Shown here: positions 1 to 11,290 of the stretch, in pieces
How positions within the stretch are numbered: position 1 is the first letter of the stretch
How the letters are laid out: the number at the start of each line of letters is the position of its first letter
Assembly: GCF_030144855.1 (NCBI RefSeq)
Contig: NC_082710.1
Span: 184,822,001-184,886,000, forward strand
Direction of reading: 5' to 3'
Length of the DNA: 64,000 bases
From: Hypanus sabinus
Lineage: Eukaryota
Translations under genes and position numbers: made by a program
Notes under the pieces: generated by a model
The model's input: only the letters and a program-made list of their open reading frames with translations
Told to the model about the DNA's origin: nothing
Database searches by the model: none

Positions 1-1990
1 CCTGCTCACCAAGGCCTTCTCATGGCCCCATCTCGCTCTCCTTCCTGCTAGCTTTATAATTTTCCAGATCTCTATCATTACCTAGTTTTTTTTTAACCTT
101 TTCTTCTTTACTAGATTTTCAACATCTTGTTACACTGTGGTTCCTGTACCCTACCATTCTTTCCCTGTCTCATTGGAACATACCTATGCAGAACTCCACG
201 CTAATATCCCCTGAATATTTGCCACATTTCTGCCATACGTTTCCCTGAGAACATCTGTTCCCAATTTATGCTTCCAAGTTCCTACCTGATAACTTTATAT
301 TTCCTCTTACTCCAATTAAATGTTTTCCTAATTTGTCTGCTCCTATCCCTCTCCAGTGCTATGGTAAAGAAGATATAATTGTGATCACTGTCTCCAAAAT
401 GCTCTCCCACCGAGAGACCTGACACCTGACCAGGTTAAGTACAGCCTCTCCTCTTACCTACATATTATGTAAGGAAACCTTCCTGAACACACTTAACAAA
501 CTCCACCCCATCTAAAACCCTTGCTCTAGGGAGATGCCAATCAATATAGGGGAAATCTCCCACCACGACAACCATGTTAGATTGCATCTTTCTAGAATCT
601 GCCTCCCTATCTGCTCCTCGATGTCCTTGTTATATGTGGTCTATAAAAATACCCAGTAGAGTTATTGACCCACAGCTGTTCCTAACTTCCACTCACAGAG
701 ACTCAGTAGTCAATCCCTCCATGACTTCCTCCTTTTCTGCAGCCGTGACTCTATCTCTGATCAGCAGTGCCTCGCCTTCAGCTCTTTTGCCTCCCTGAAA
801 TTAAAGTCTGGCACACTAAGTAACCATTCCTGTCCCTGAGCCATCCAAGTCTCTGTAATGGCCATATTATCTTAGCTCGAAGTACTGATCCACACTCTAA
901 GCTTTATTCATGATACTTCTTGCATTCAGTCTGCAACCCTCAGTCTGAGCGTATCCCTTCTCTCTCACCTGCCTATTCTCTCTCCCACACTGTCTACAAG
1001 CCTTCTCGATTTGTGAGCCAACCACCCCTTCCTCCGTCACCTCAGTTCTGTTCCCACCCCCCCAGTGATTCTAATTTGAACTCTCCCCAGTAGCCCTAGC
1101 AAACCTCCCTGCCAGGATATTGGTCCTCCAGGGATTCATGCAACCTATCCTTTTTTTTTTATATAGGTCATTCCTGACCTAAACAAGGTCCCAATGATCC
1201 AGAAATTTGAATCCCTACCCCCTGCTCCAATCCCTCAGCCATGCATTTATCCTCCAGCTCACTCTATCCCTATGCTCACTGTTGCTTGGCACAGGCAATA
1301 ATCCGGAAATTACTACCTTTTCAGGAACTCCTACCTATGTCGTTAGTAGCAATATGTATCACAAACTCTGACTGTTCACCCTCCCACTTCAGGATGTTGT
1401 GGACGTGATCAGAAAAGTCCCAGACTCTGGCACCTGGGAGATAAACTACCATCCACGTTTCTGTCCTGCGTCCACAGAATCACCTGTCTGCCTCTAACTG
1501 TCACTGCTGACAACCTCTTCTTTTCCCTACCCTTCTGAGCCACAGGGACGGTCTTGCCAGTGTTGCTTCCCCCAGGTAAGCCTTTTCCCCCTCAACAGTA
1601 CTGTAACAGGCATAGTTATTGTTAAGGGGGACAGCCACAGGGGTACTGTCTAGTATCTGAATCTTGCCCTTCCCTCTCCTGACTCATCTGTCTCCCAAGG
1701 CCCCGGTGTGACTACTTGGCTATAGCTGCTCTCTATCACCTCCTCACTTTCCTTGACCAGGCGAAGGTTATCAAGCTGCAGCTCCAGTTCCCTAACCCGG
1801 TCCCTCAGGAGCTGCAGCTCGACACATCTATCCCCATCCTTCACAAGTGACTTACCTCAACATGACCTGTTATCGTTGAAGCCCTGTTGAGCCAAAGCCC
1901 TCCTCCTCTGTCGCCTGCTCTATAAAGTGTCTTCTTTTTAAACTCTTCCCGCTGGTCTAACTCACTGACATCCACGCGCCTTCAGCAGTC
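1..1990 (-). mobile_element. Degenerate CR1 LINE, 5' portion (ORF1 and endonuclease part of ORF2)
   Basis: Minus ORF 1650-1844 (CVELQLLRDRVRELELQLDNLRLVKESEEVIESSYSQVVTP) resembles the CR1 ORF1 leucine-zipper region; 1-900 reads as decayed antisense ORF2 endonuclease sequence. Confidence 0.75.
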
Positions 1991-2149
1991 GTTCCTCGAT
2001 TGAATCAAATCTCACCTGTGAGGCCGTGCTGTCTTCGTGCCGTGTCTGATCACGTGTTCTCTGCCACTCCAAGCACCTTTGCCTTGTTTACCATGGATTT
2101 AATGTGACCCTGTTGATCCATGGTAAACTAAACAGTCTCTTCAATTTCC

Positions 2150-2950
2150 TGTAAATTGTTGAATTTCCCACCCAGTGCTGATCCAATTCCCATTGGAAAA
2201 CCCGAGTGGTTCTGTCTCTATCCCCAATTCCCTGTAAATTATTCAACTTTCCAGTCAGTGCAGATCAGTTCCCTGATCGGCTCTGTCCTCACCCACACAG
2301 ACAGCGAGTCCCAGACCATCCCCAGTATATGGGCAGAAATTTTTCCTCTCACACTCCTTCCCCCTTCTCTGTAAATCTGTGCCCCTGTTCTATGAACCAG
2401 AGCGAACGGCAACAACTCATCCCCCGCCTCCACCCAGTCTCTCTCGAAACCTCTCCCTCCAAGGGGAACTGCCCTGGCTTCTCACTTCACCGTCCCTCTC
2501 TGGAACTGTTCTGGTACTTCTGCCCTGCACTCTCTCCAGGACCCCCACCTCCCCTCCTGGTTTCAAATTTCACCATTCAACATCCTCTCGAGAGGGATCA
2601 AGGTACTCCCTCCTGCCTCGCCTGGTCGAATCGACCTTCGCTGTGCCTGCCTGCAACTCCCTCCGTTCTTCGCTCTCCTGCTGCATCGATGAACCAGAGT
2701 CAGGTCCACAGCTGGCTTCCTCCGGGAGGGAGGCGTGTCCTTCTGGCTGGCACTTAGTTCCACCCCTGACCCGTTTACGTAACCCGCCACCACATTTTGT
2801 AGTATCATTTTGAAAAAGAGTTGCTATGTTGTCTTCCCCCACCCCTTTCAGACGAGACCAGACTTAACCAAATAAAGTGACGTTTTCTAAAACTCTGTGC
2901 TCCGTTCGATCTCGTCCATGGAATCGCACAGATGTCAGAAAGCTGAAATA
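2150..2950 (-). mobile_element. Possible decayed LTR-retrotransposon fragment (LTR end, PBS-like site, gag remnant)
   Basis: Minus strand near 2800 reads ...tactaca-aaatg-TGGTGGCGGG (LTR-end/PBS-like) followed by purine-rich broken ORFs; no intact domain. Confidence 0.3.
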
Positions 2951-2959
2951 AAGGGGTAA

Positions 2960-4050
2960 ATATTGGAGAGTCTGAGAGGCCAGGAGGTAACTGTTGAGTT
3001 AACATTACAGGTCAGTGGATGGGGTAATGTTAAAGTGGCCATTCACCTCGTCCCTCACCTCCATTCAGAGCCCGAAACAGTCCTTCCAGGTGAGGCAATA
3101 CTTAACCTGCAAATCTGCTGGGGTTGTCTATTGTTTCCAGTGCTCCTGATGTAGCCTCCTGCACATTCCAAAGATCTGTCGTTGAGCACCTCCGCTCCAT
3201 CCGCCAAAGCAGAATTTACCGGTGGCCCAACATTTTCAATCCAATCCCCATTTCCGTTCTGACATGTCAATCCACCCCCTCCTCCTTGTGCCTTGATGAA
3301 GCCACTCTCAGGGGGAGGAGCAATACTTTACTTCTGTCTTTTGTGGCAGACAGAGTGAAAGTGCTTGACAAAGCGGCTCCTCAATCTGCATCGGGTTTTG
3401 CGATGTACAGGAGGTCGCGCTTAAAGAACCGGATACAGTCGATGACACTGACAGACTCACAGATGGTGTTGCCTCACCCTGAATGGAGATGAGGGAGGAA
3501 GTGAATGGGCAGGTTTCAGAGATAAGTTCCAGGTGAGAGGTGAGTTAAAGGAGTCACGTAGAGACGCCTCTATAGAAGCAGAGGTGTGGGGGTTGGGGGG
3601 GGGGAGATGTCCTTACTGTTAGGATTTGTTGTGAAGCCAAAAGTTGTGGACAATGATTCCTGGAGACAGAGGCTGATGGGGTGGGAGGGGGGAACAAGGG
3701 AACTCCTATCCTTATTAAAGTGGGGCTTGTTCAGGGAATGGAGGAAATGACGGTGGGAGCAGCATCAATATTGGAGGAGGAGAAACACTGCTCTTTGAAG
3801 AAGGACAGCTCCAATGTCCTGGAAAGGCAAGTTGTGTCCTGGGAACAGATGTGGTCGAGACAAAGGAACTGAAGGGAATCGCATGTTTGACAAGCGACAG
3901 TGTAAGTCAGGCTAGTCAAAATAGCACTGAGAGTCAGTAGAAGGTATCAGTGGATAGTCTCCAGAGAAGGAGGCAGAGAGATTGAGAAATCGGAGAGACA
4001 GACAGGTATCAGAGATGGACAAAGTAAATTTGATGCAAGGTGGAAGTTGC
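2960..4050. mobile_element. Penelope-like element fragments in opposite orientations
   Basis: + strand ~3040-3340 gives GIY-YIG-region remnants (VEHLRSIRQ); - strand ~3440-4050 gives RT C-terminal remnants (QFLCLDHICSQD..SFFKEQCFSSSNIDAA). Confidence 0.7.
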
Positions 4051-4080
4051 AGGAAAAGTTACCACATCAGGACCTTCAGC

Positions 4081-4630
4081 CTCAGGTCCCACACCACCAG
4101 GTTCAGGAAGTTAGCGTCCTTCAGCCATCGGGCAGAATCTCAGGTCCCACATCTCCAGGTTCAGGAAGTTAGCTTCCTTCAGCCATCGGGCAGAATCTCA
4201 GGTCCCACATCTCCAGGTTCAGGAAGTTAGCGTCCTTCAGCCATCGGGCAGAATCTCAGGTCCCACATCACCAGGTTCAGGAAGTTAGCGTCCTTCAGCC
4301 ATCGGGCAGAATCTCAGGTCCCACATCACCAGGTTCAGGAAGTTAGCGTCCTTCAGCCATCGGGCAGAATCTCAGGTCCCACATCACCAGGTTCAGGAAG
4401 TTAGCGTCCTTCAGCCATCGGGCAGAATCTCAGGTCCCACACCACCAGGTTCAGGAAGTTAGCGTCCTTCAGCCATCGGGCAGAATCTCAGGTCCCACAT
4501 CACCAGGTTCCGGAAGTTAGCGTCCTTCAGCCATCGGGCAGAATCTCAGGTCCCACATCACCAGGTTCAGGAAGTTAGCGTCCTTCAGCCATCGGGCAGA
4601 ATCTCAGGTCCCACATCTCCAGGTTCAGGA
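4081..4630 (+). repeat. 58-bp minisatellite, ~9.5 copies, derived from a Rex1/Babar LINE 3' region
   Basis: Unit ctcaggtcccacaccaccaggttcaggaagttagcgtccttcagccatcgggcagaat; similar to single-copy Rex sequence at ~12560-12620(-) and ~14410-14470(+). Confidence 0.92.
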
Positions 4631-4997
4631 CAACCATCCATCACCTGAACCAGTGTGGACAACTTTACAAGGACTCGTTACAACTTATGTTCTCAGCACA
4701 ATTTGTCTTTTTTTTTGCACATAGGTTGTTGTCAGTCTTTGTTTAGCTATTCCTTGAATTTTATTGTTTTTTTTAAATATAAAATGCCTACAAGAAATTG
4801 AATCGGTGAGTAGTATATTGTGAAATGTGTATATAGATAATCCATTTACTTTCAAATTGACGAGCTGAGCGTGGGAGCAGGACAGAACGTCAAGGCTGCC
4901 GTCAAGTTCACGCTCAAGTTAGTTATCGTCATTGTGTGCCGTGTGCTATGATGCGCACCCACAAAACATAAATCACACACAGCACATAAAATAGTAC

Positions 4998-5270
4998 TAT
5001 GGCGACCCACTTTCCAGCGCTCTCGAACCGGCTCACGCCGGCATTGAGGCCGGTCCCAAAAAGGGCACCAAGCCTGCTTCACCAGCAGGGGAAAAGCCCG
5101 CCCGCGGGACGGGACTGTGAATATTTGCCCCCTACAGCATTCCCGCCCGGGAAGGGAGGAATCAGGAAGGCTTTAAAGCGAGGCCGCGAAGTTTGAATAA
5201 ATTTCTTTTGTAACTGCAGCTCACCGACTCCGTGTTGTTATTTCAGCGCTGCGTGTAGCACACCGCTACA
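4998..5270 (+). repeat. 5' LTR
   Basis: Starts tatggcgaccc (TG>TA change), ends ...ccgctaca; contains AATAAA; highly similar to 9534-9811. Confidence 0.92.
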
Positions 5271-5272
5271 AT

Positions 5273-5286
5273 TGGTGACCCCGACG
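5273..5286 (+). promoter_or_regulatory. Primer binding site complementary to the tRNA-Trp 3' end
   Basis: TGGTGACCCCGACG, 2 nt after the LTR end; matches the first 14 nt of the tRNA-Trp PBS TGGTGACCCCGACGTGAT. Confidence 0.9.
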
Positions 5287-5310
5287 GCCCAAACGATATT
5301 TGGGCCGGAG

Positions 5311-6008
5311 ATAAACGACGCCGCATCTGTTCATGCAGTTTCGTTAAAACTGCCAAGCTTCTGGACGCTGCGACCTCACCAATGGTTCCAGCAAGCCCAA
5401 TTCCACATTCGGCAGATAATCTCGGAGGACACACGTTACTACTACGTGGTGAGCTCCCTCGAGCAGGAGACAGCCGCCCAGGTTGTGGAGTTCGTACAGT
5501 CTCCCCGGAGGACGGCAAATACACAGAATTCAAAGCCCTGTTCCCAAGGACTTTCGGAATCTCACGGCACGAGCGAGCTGCCCGCTTACTGCACCTGGGT
5601 GGTTTGGGGTACGGGCCACCGTCGGCTTTGATAAACGAGATGCTGTCCCTGGCCGGAGGACACAAGCCCTGTCTCATGTTTGAGCAGGCATTCCTGGAGC
5701 AGCTGCCCGAGGACATACGCCTGCTGCTGTCCGACGCGGATTTCAGCGACCCCCGGAAGGTGGCAGCCTGGGCGGACTTGCTGTGGAACGCCAAGAAGGT
5801 GAGTGGGGCGTCCATCGCACTGATCACCCGGCCACTCTCCCAGCAGCAAACCAGTCCAGGCCCGGCCGCAGAGCACGATAACCCCAGGGGCAGGGGTGAG
5901 GTGACCAACCAACAATGGTGCTTCTACCACCGGCGGTGGGCCGCAGAAGCCCGCCGTTGTCGCCCGCTCTGTCAGTTCCCGGGAAACGCCAGGGCCAGCC
6001 GCCGCTGA
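5311..6008 (+). pseudogene. gag: Gypsy gag, disrupted (probable ATG>ATA start loss; frameshift near 5505)
   Basis: N-half AVSLKLPSFW..WFQQAQF..YYYVVSSL in ORF 5272-5631; C-half in ORF 5382-6008 ending with C-x2-H-x9-C-x3-C ([18 protein letters not shown]). Confidence 0.88.
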
Positions 6009-6038
6009 TGGCTACGGCGGCTGGCCATCGGGATAGCC
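5981..6038 (+). promoter_or_regulatory. -1 programmed ribosomal frameshift signal (G GGA AAC + predicted H-type pseudoknot)
   Basis: Heptamer 5981-5987 in the gag frame; pol is in the -1 frame; 12-bp stem 5993-6004/6015-6026; loop GGCTA 6010-6014 can pair with TAGCC 6034-6038. Confidence 0.85.
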
Positions 6039-9000
6039 TCCTGTATGTGTGGGACCAGCGGTCGGGACGCCGTTTTTTGGTCGACACCGGTGCCGAGATC
6101 AGCGTCTTACCTCCGACGAGTTACGACACCCACAACAGGGAACCGGGTCCCCCCCTGAGGGCCGTGAACGGCAGCACCGTAAGGACCTATGGCACCCGTC
6201 AGGTGCAGCTACAGTTCGGCTCCAGCCGGTTCACGTGGGACTTCACACTGGCCGCTGTAGCCCAACCGCTCCAGGGGGCGGATTTTTTGCGAGCTCACAG
6301 CCTGCTGGTCGACCTGCCCAGGAAGAGACTGGTCCACGCCGAGACCTTTCAAACGTTCCCCCGGGTTCTCCCAGTCCTATACTATCAAACGTTCTCCCAG
6401 TTGCCGGCCCCTCACCTCGGCTCCATCACGCTGTCCGACAACGACTTCACCAGGGTCCTGGCGGAGTTCCCATCAGTTCTGGCACCGCAGTTCACAGCGG
6501 CCATGCCCCGACACGGCGTACAGCACCACATCCCGACCCAGGGACCACCCCTCCACGCCCGCGCTCGGCGGCTTCCCCCGGACAAGCTCCGACTGGCGAA
6601 GGAGGAGTTCAAGAGGATGGAGGAATTGGGGATCATCCGGCGATCCGACAGCCCATGGGCCTCCCCCCTGCACATGGTGCCCAAAGCGACGGGAGGCTGG
6701 AGACCGTGCGGCGACTACCGCAGGCTGAACGAGGCTACCACACCGGACCGCTACCCTGTGCCGCACATTCAGGACTTTGCAGCAAACCTGCACGGCGCAC
6801 GGATCTTCTCCAAGGTAGACCTCGTCCGAGGGTACCATCAAATCCCGGTGCATCCGGACGACGTCCCCAAAACGGCACTCATCACCCCGTTCGGCCTTTT
6901 CGTGTTCCTCCGCATGCCGTTCGGCCTGAAGAATGCCACACAGACGGTTCAGCGGTTAATGGACGCGGTGGGACGCGACCTGGACTTCGTATTCATCTAC
7001 TTGGACGACCTCATAGCCTGCAGCAGTCGTCAGGAGCCTCTGTCCCACCTCCGTCAACTCAACGCCCGACTGAGTGAATACGGTCTGACAATCAACCCGG
7101 CCAAATGCCAGTTCGGGCTCGACACCATCGACTTCCTGGGCAACAGGATTACTAAAGACGGGGCAACCCCTCTGCCCGCTAAGGTAGATGCGGTCCGCCT
7201 CTTTCCCCGACCCACCACGATCAAAGGCCTTCAGGAATTCGTAGGTATGGTCAATTTCTACCACCGCTTCCTCCCTTCAGCTGCCCGGATCATGCGCCCC
7301 CTGTTCGCCCTGATGTCGGGTCCGAGCAAGGACATTACCCGGGACGAGGAGTTCGCCGCTGCTTTCATTCAAACGAAGGAAGCTTTGGCGAACGCCGCAA
7401 TGCTAGTACATCCCAGAATGGACGCCCCTACCGCCCTCACAGCGGACGCATCTAACACGGCAGTCGGTGGGGTGCTGGAGCAACTCATCGCGGGTCGCTG
7501 GCAACCCCTGGCGTTTCTCAGCAAACACCTGCGGCCACCCGAGCTCAAGTACAGTGCTTTCGACCGGGAACTGTTGGCGCTCTACCTGGCAATCCGGCAT
7601 TTCAGGTACTTCCTAGAAGGTCGGCCCTTCACCGCGTTCACGGACCACAAACCGCTTACCTTTACGTTTACGAAAGCGTCCGACCCCTGGTCGTCCCGCC
7701 AGCAGCGCCATCTGTCCTACATCTCTGAATACACGACGAACGTCCGGCACGTCTCGGGTAAGGACAATGTCGTGGCGGATGCGCTCTCTCGCCCTACCGT
7801 TCATGCCCTTTCCCAAGGGGTAGACTTTGAGGCACTGGCAGAGGCACAGCAGGTAGATGAGGAGATTCCGAGTTACAGGACTGCAGTCTCTGGTTTGCAG
7901 CTCCAGGATCTCCCCGTGGGCCCGGGTGAGAGGACCCTACTCTGTGACGTCGCCACCGGCCAGCCCCGTCCCGTCGTCCCGGCAGCCTGGCGGCGGCGCG
8001 TTTTCGACTCCATTCATAACTTGGCGCATCCCTCCATCCGGACAACTGTCCGGCTGGTTTCCAGCAGGTTCGTTTGGCACGGTCTCCGCAAACAGGTCAG
8101 TGAATGGGCCAGAACGTGCATGCACTGCCAGACGGCCAAGGTGCAGCGGCACACCAAAGCCCCACCGCAGCAGTTCCATCCCGCCCACCGGCGTTTCGAC
8201 CACATTCATGTGGATATCGTGGACCCCCTGCCAGTGTCGCGCGGAGCGCGGCACCTCCTCACTATCGTGGACCGGTTCACCAGATGGCCAGAGGCGATCC
8301 CGCTCACCGACCCCACCTCCGAATCTTGCGCCCGGGCACTGATCGCCACCTGGGCGTCCCGCTTTGGTGTGCCGGCCCACATTACCTCCGACAGAGGCGC
8401 CCAGTTCACCTCCAGCCTGTGGTCTGCTATGGCCAGCCTTTTGGGGACTCAGCTGCACCACACCACTGCCTACCACCCACAGTCGAACGGGCTAGTGGAG
8501 CGTTTCCACCGTCACCTGAAGTCGGCCTTCATGGCCCGCCTGCGAGGAGCTAACTGGGCGGACGAGCTTCCCTGGTCCTACTCGGCATCCGCACAGCGCC
8601 CAAGGACGACCTGCACGCCTCGTCGGCCGAGTTGGTATACGGCGCGCCCCTGGCCGTCCCCGGGGAGTTCCTACCAGCCCCGAGGGGGCAAGAGGAAGAA
8701 CCCGCAGCAGTCCTGGGCAGACTACGCGAGAAGCTCGGTAACCTGGCCCCCATACCCACTTCACAGCATGGGCGGCACCCGACCTGCGTACCCAAAGACC
8801 TGCTGAACTGTAAGTTCGTTTTTGTACGACGGGGCGGACATCGGCCACCGCTACAGCGGCCATACGAGGGGCCGTTTTCGGTGATCCGGAACAACGGGTC
8901 CACGTTCGTGCTGGACATTGGGGGGAAAGAGGAGGTTTTCAAGGTGGACCGACTCAAACCGGCCCATGTGGACTTGGCGCAGCCGGTCGCGGTTCAGGCA

Positions 9001-9090
9001 CCGCGGCGCAGAGGCAGACCTCCCAAACAGAGTCCGACCCAGACTGAGGACATTGGGGGGTGTATCGCCGATTCTGGGGGTGGGGGGTTA
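5981..9090 (+). pseudogene. pol: Gypsy pol (protease, RT, RNase H, integrase); open to ~8575, then frameshifted integrase C-terminus
   Basis: FLVDTGA protease; YLDD RT; TADAS/DALSR RNase H; HNLAH..CMHC, HVD, SDRG, VERFH integrase; GPY/F-like YEGPF in ORF 8632-9183. Confidence 0.93.
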
Positions 9091-9239
9091 TGTAGCGACC
9101 CACTTCCCAGCGCACTCGACATCACACAGCATCAACAGAAGCTGATTGCCCAGTCTGGCAGGGCCGAAGGTTTCTCTCCCTAGACGGAAGCGAGCTGAGC
9201 GAGCCTGAGGCGAGCCAGGGGCCTACAGAGTAAAGAAGG

Positions 9240-9533
9240 CAAATGTAATGTAGACATTAATATCAAGGAGAATAGAATATAACAACAAGGAGTAATGCTG
9301 CGCCTTTATAAGGATCTAATCAGGCTGAACTTGGAGTATTGTCAACTGTACCTACTCCCCAGCACCTTAAACCTGTGACCTCTTGTATCCACACGATCAA
9401 TGCCTCTCATCATTTTATACACCTCTATCAGGTCACCTCTCATCCACTATCGCTCCAAGGAGAAAAGGCCGAGTTCACTCAACCTATTCTCAGAAGGCAA
9501 GCTCCCCAGTCCAGGCACTGTAAATCTCCTCTG
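9240..9533. mobile_element. Two short CR1 fragments in opposite orientation between the LTR stub and the second LTR copy
   Basis: 9260-9340(+) resembles the RGIEYKSKEVMLRLYKALVRPHLEY-coding part of CR1; 9350-9533(-) is a CR1 ORF2 3' part (RLSELGLFSLER). Confidence 0.7.
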
Positions 9534-9811
9534 TGTGGCGACCCACTTCCCAGCGCACTCGAACCGGCTCACAAAGCGGCGCACGTCGGCATTGAGGCCG
9601 CTCCCAAAGAGGGCGCCAAGCCTGCTTCCCCACCAGGGGGAAAGCCCGCCCGCGGGACGGGACTGTGAATACGCGCCCCCTACAGCATTCCCGCCCGGGG
9701 AGGGAGGGATCAGGAAGGCTTTAAAGCGAGGCCGCGAAGTTTGAATAAATCTCTTTTTGCAGCTGCAGCTCACCGACTCCGTGTCGTTATTGCAGCGCTG
9801 CGTGTAGCACA
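9534..9811 (+). repeat. Second LTR copy (3' LTR or solo LTR), lacking the last ~8 nt
   Basis: Starts TGTGGCGACCC; colinear with 4998-5270; stops at gtagcaca without the terminal ccgctaca. Confidence 0.9.
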
Positions 9812-9946
9812 GTATCACAGATCAGTCAGTAGATGTTGGAATGCGTGCACACATAGAGCATTAACGGCTCGCTGTCCCAGTGATGGCGGCAGGGTATTTT
9901 GTCGCCTCAAAGCCTGAGGTTTTACCTGTTACCAGGTCTTGTCGTC

Positions 9947-10495
9947 TGTAAGACATAGGAGCAGATCGAGTCTGCTCTGCCATTTCATCGTGGCTGATTT
10001 ACTATCCCTCTCAACCCCATTCTGCTGCCTTCTCTCCGTAACCTTTGACGCCCTGATTAATCAAGAACCGATCAACCTTCACTTTAAATACACGCAATGA
10101 CTTGGCCGCCACAGCTGTCTGTGGCAATAAATTCCACAGATTCACCATCCTCTGGCTAAAGGAATTTCTCCTGCTCTCTGTTACAATGGCTGTCCCTCTG
10201 TTCTGAGGCCGTGTCCTCTGGCCCCAGATATGAGACATCCACATCATCACAGCCTTTCAATATTCGATAGGTTTCAATGTGATTCCACCCCACCCACAAC
10301 CATTCTTTAAAACTCCAGCGAGTGCGGACCCAGAACTAACAAACGCTCCTCATGTTAACCTTTTCATTCTCGTGCACCTCCGATGACTGCTCATCCTTTC
10401 TCGGATAAGGAGCCCTCACAATAAGTGCCCTCAGCATTACGCCCTCTTGTTTATATTCTAATACTCTCAAAATGAATGCTAACATTGCTTTGCCC
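9947..10495 (-). mobile_element. CR1 LINE 3' fragment
   Basis: Minus ORF RRNSFSQRMVNLWNLLPQTAVAAKSL..VKGYGEKA and CR1 3' tail. Confidence 0.85.
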
Positions 10496-10769
10496 TCCCC
10501 CAGTTTCCCATTGCAGGATAGCGATGTGTTGCGGGCAGTTTATGAAACTTATAGCTGTACTTCTGAACTACTTTCACTTCAATTTCCATTTAAGTAACGT
10601 ACTTTTTGCTCGATGGATATTTTATTTTAAATTTTATATTGCACAGTTAGTTGTCCTTTGTTGTATGTGGTCTTTCATTGATTCTATGGCGTTTTTTTGT
10701 AATTTCTGCGAATGCCGGCAAGAAAATTAATCTCGGGGTGTGCAAATTTACTTTGACTTTTGATCCACT

Positions 10770-11290
10770 ATCCGGTTCTCCAGCCTGGTTCCGCTCGGCC
10801 TCCAGCAACTCCGGGACTGCGATGGTCGGCCCGCCCTCCAGCTCCTCGGCGGCCGGGAGTTGTTGCGCTGCTTTTCGCTCGGCCACCCACCACCGCCGCC
10901 GCCGCTCGGATCTGCCGCCCGGTGAGTGTCCGAGGGTCCCTGGGAGGGGAGCGGAGGGGAGGCGAGGGGAGAGGAGAGGGACGGGGACGCCGCTGATTAC
11001 CTGCTCGACCCTCGCTTCGTCGTTAGGCCCGCGGCCCTGCTCCTCTTCTCTCACAGCCGCCCCCGGCGGTCCCGAGGCCTCCGGCTCCCCGCTCCGGCAG
11101 TGAGGTGGATGCCCGGTCCCGACCCGACCCGACCCCCCCACGCTCGTCCGTCAGCGAGGTGATTGCTCGATCCCCACCCATAGGTGCTCCCGACCCTCCT
11201 TTATCCTCACCCAAGCGGCTGTTCGATCCCCCCCCCACCCGTAGGTGCTCTTCACCCTCTCCCGCCTGTGGGCACTCGAACCCCCCCCAC
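10770..11290. promoter_or_regulatory. CpG island / probable promoter
   Basis: Abrupt non-repetitive GC- and CpG-rich segment with CCG runs, in CpG-depleted surroundings. Confidence 0.85.
10870..10921 (+). other. Putative non-coding first exon of the ZBTB gene (start uncertain)
   Basis: Strong donor CCG|GTGAGT (intron from 10922) inside the CpG island; the ZBTB coding exon begins with an acceptor and so needs an upstream exon. Confidence 0.55.

Larger units (their letters stand above)
4998..9811 (+). mobile_element. Ty3/Gypsy LTR retrotransposon (CsRN1/Kabuki-like), nearly full length with a rearranged 3' end
   Basis: LTR copies at 4998-5270, 9091-9119 (stub) and 9534-9811; PBS; gag; pol in PR-RT-RH-IN order; G-rich PPT before 9091. 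Confidence 0.95.

Noticed and set aside
6049-8957. Many overlapping alternative-frame and antisense ORFs in the Gypsy element
   Set aside because: Shadows of GC-rich pol coding sequence
4998-9811. Endogenous retrovirus (tRNA-Trp PBS as in avian retroviruses)
   Set aside because: No env; Gag and Pol motifs are Ty3/Gypsy-type
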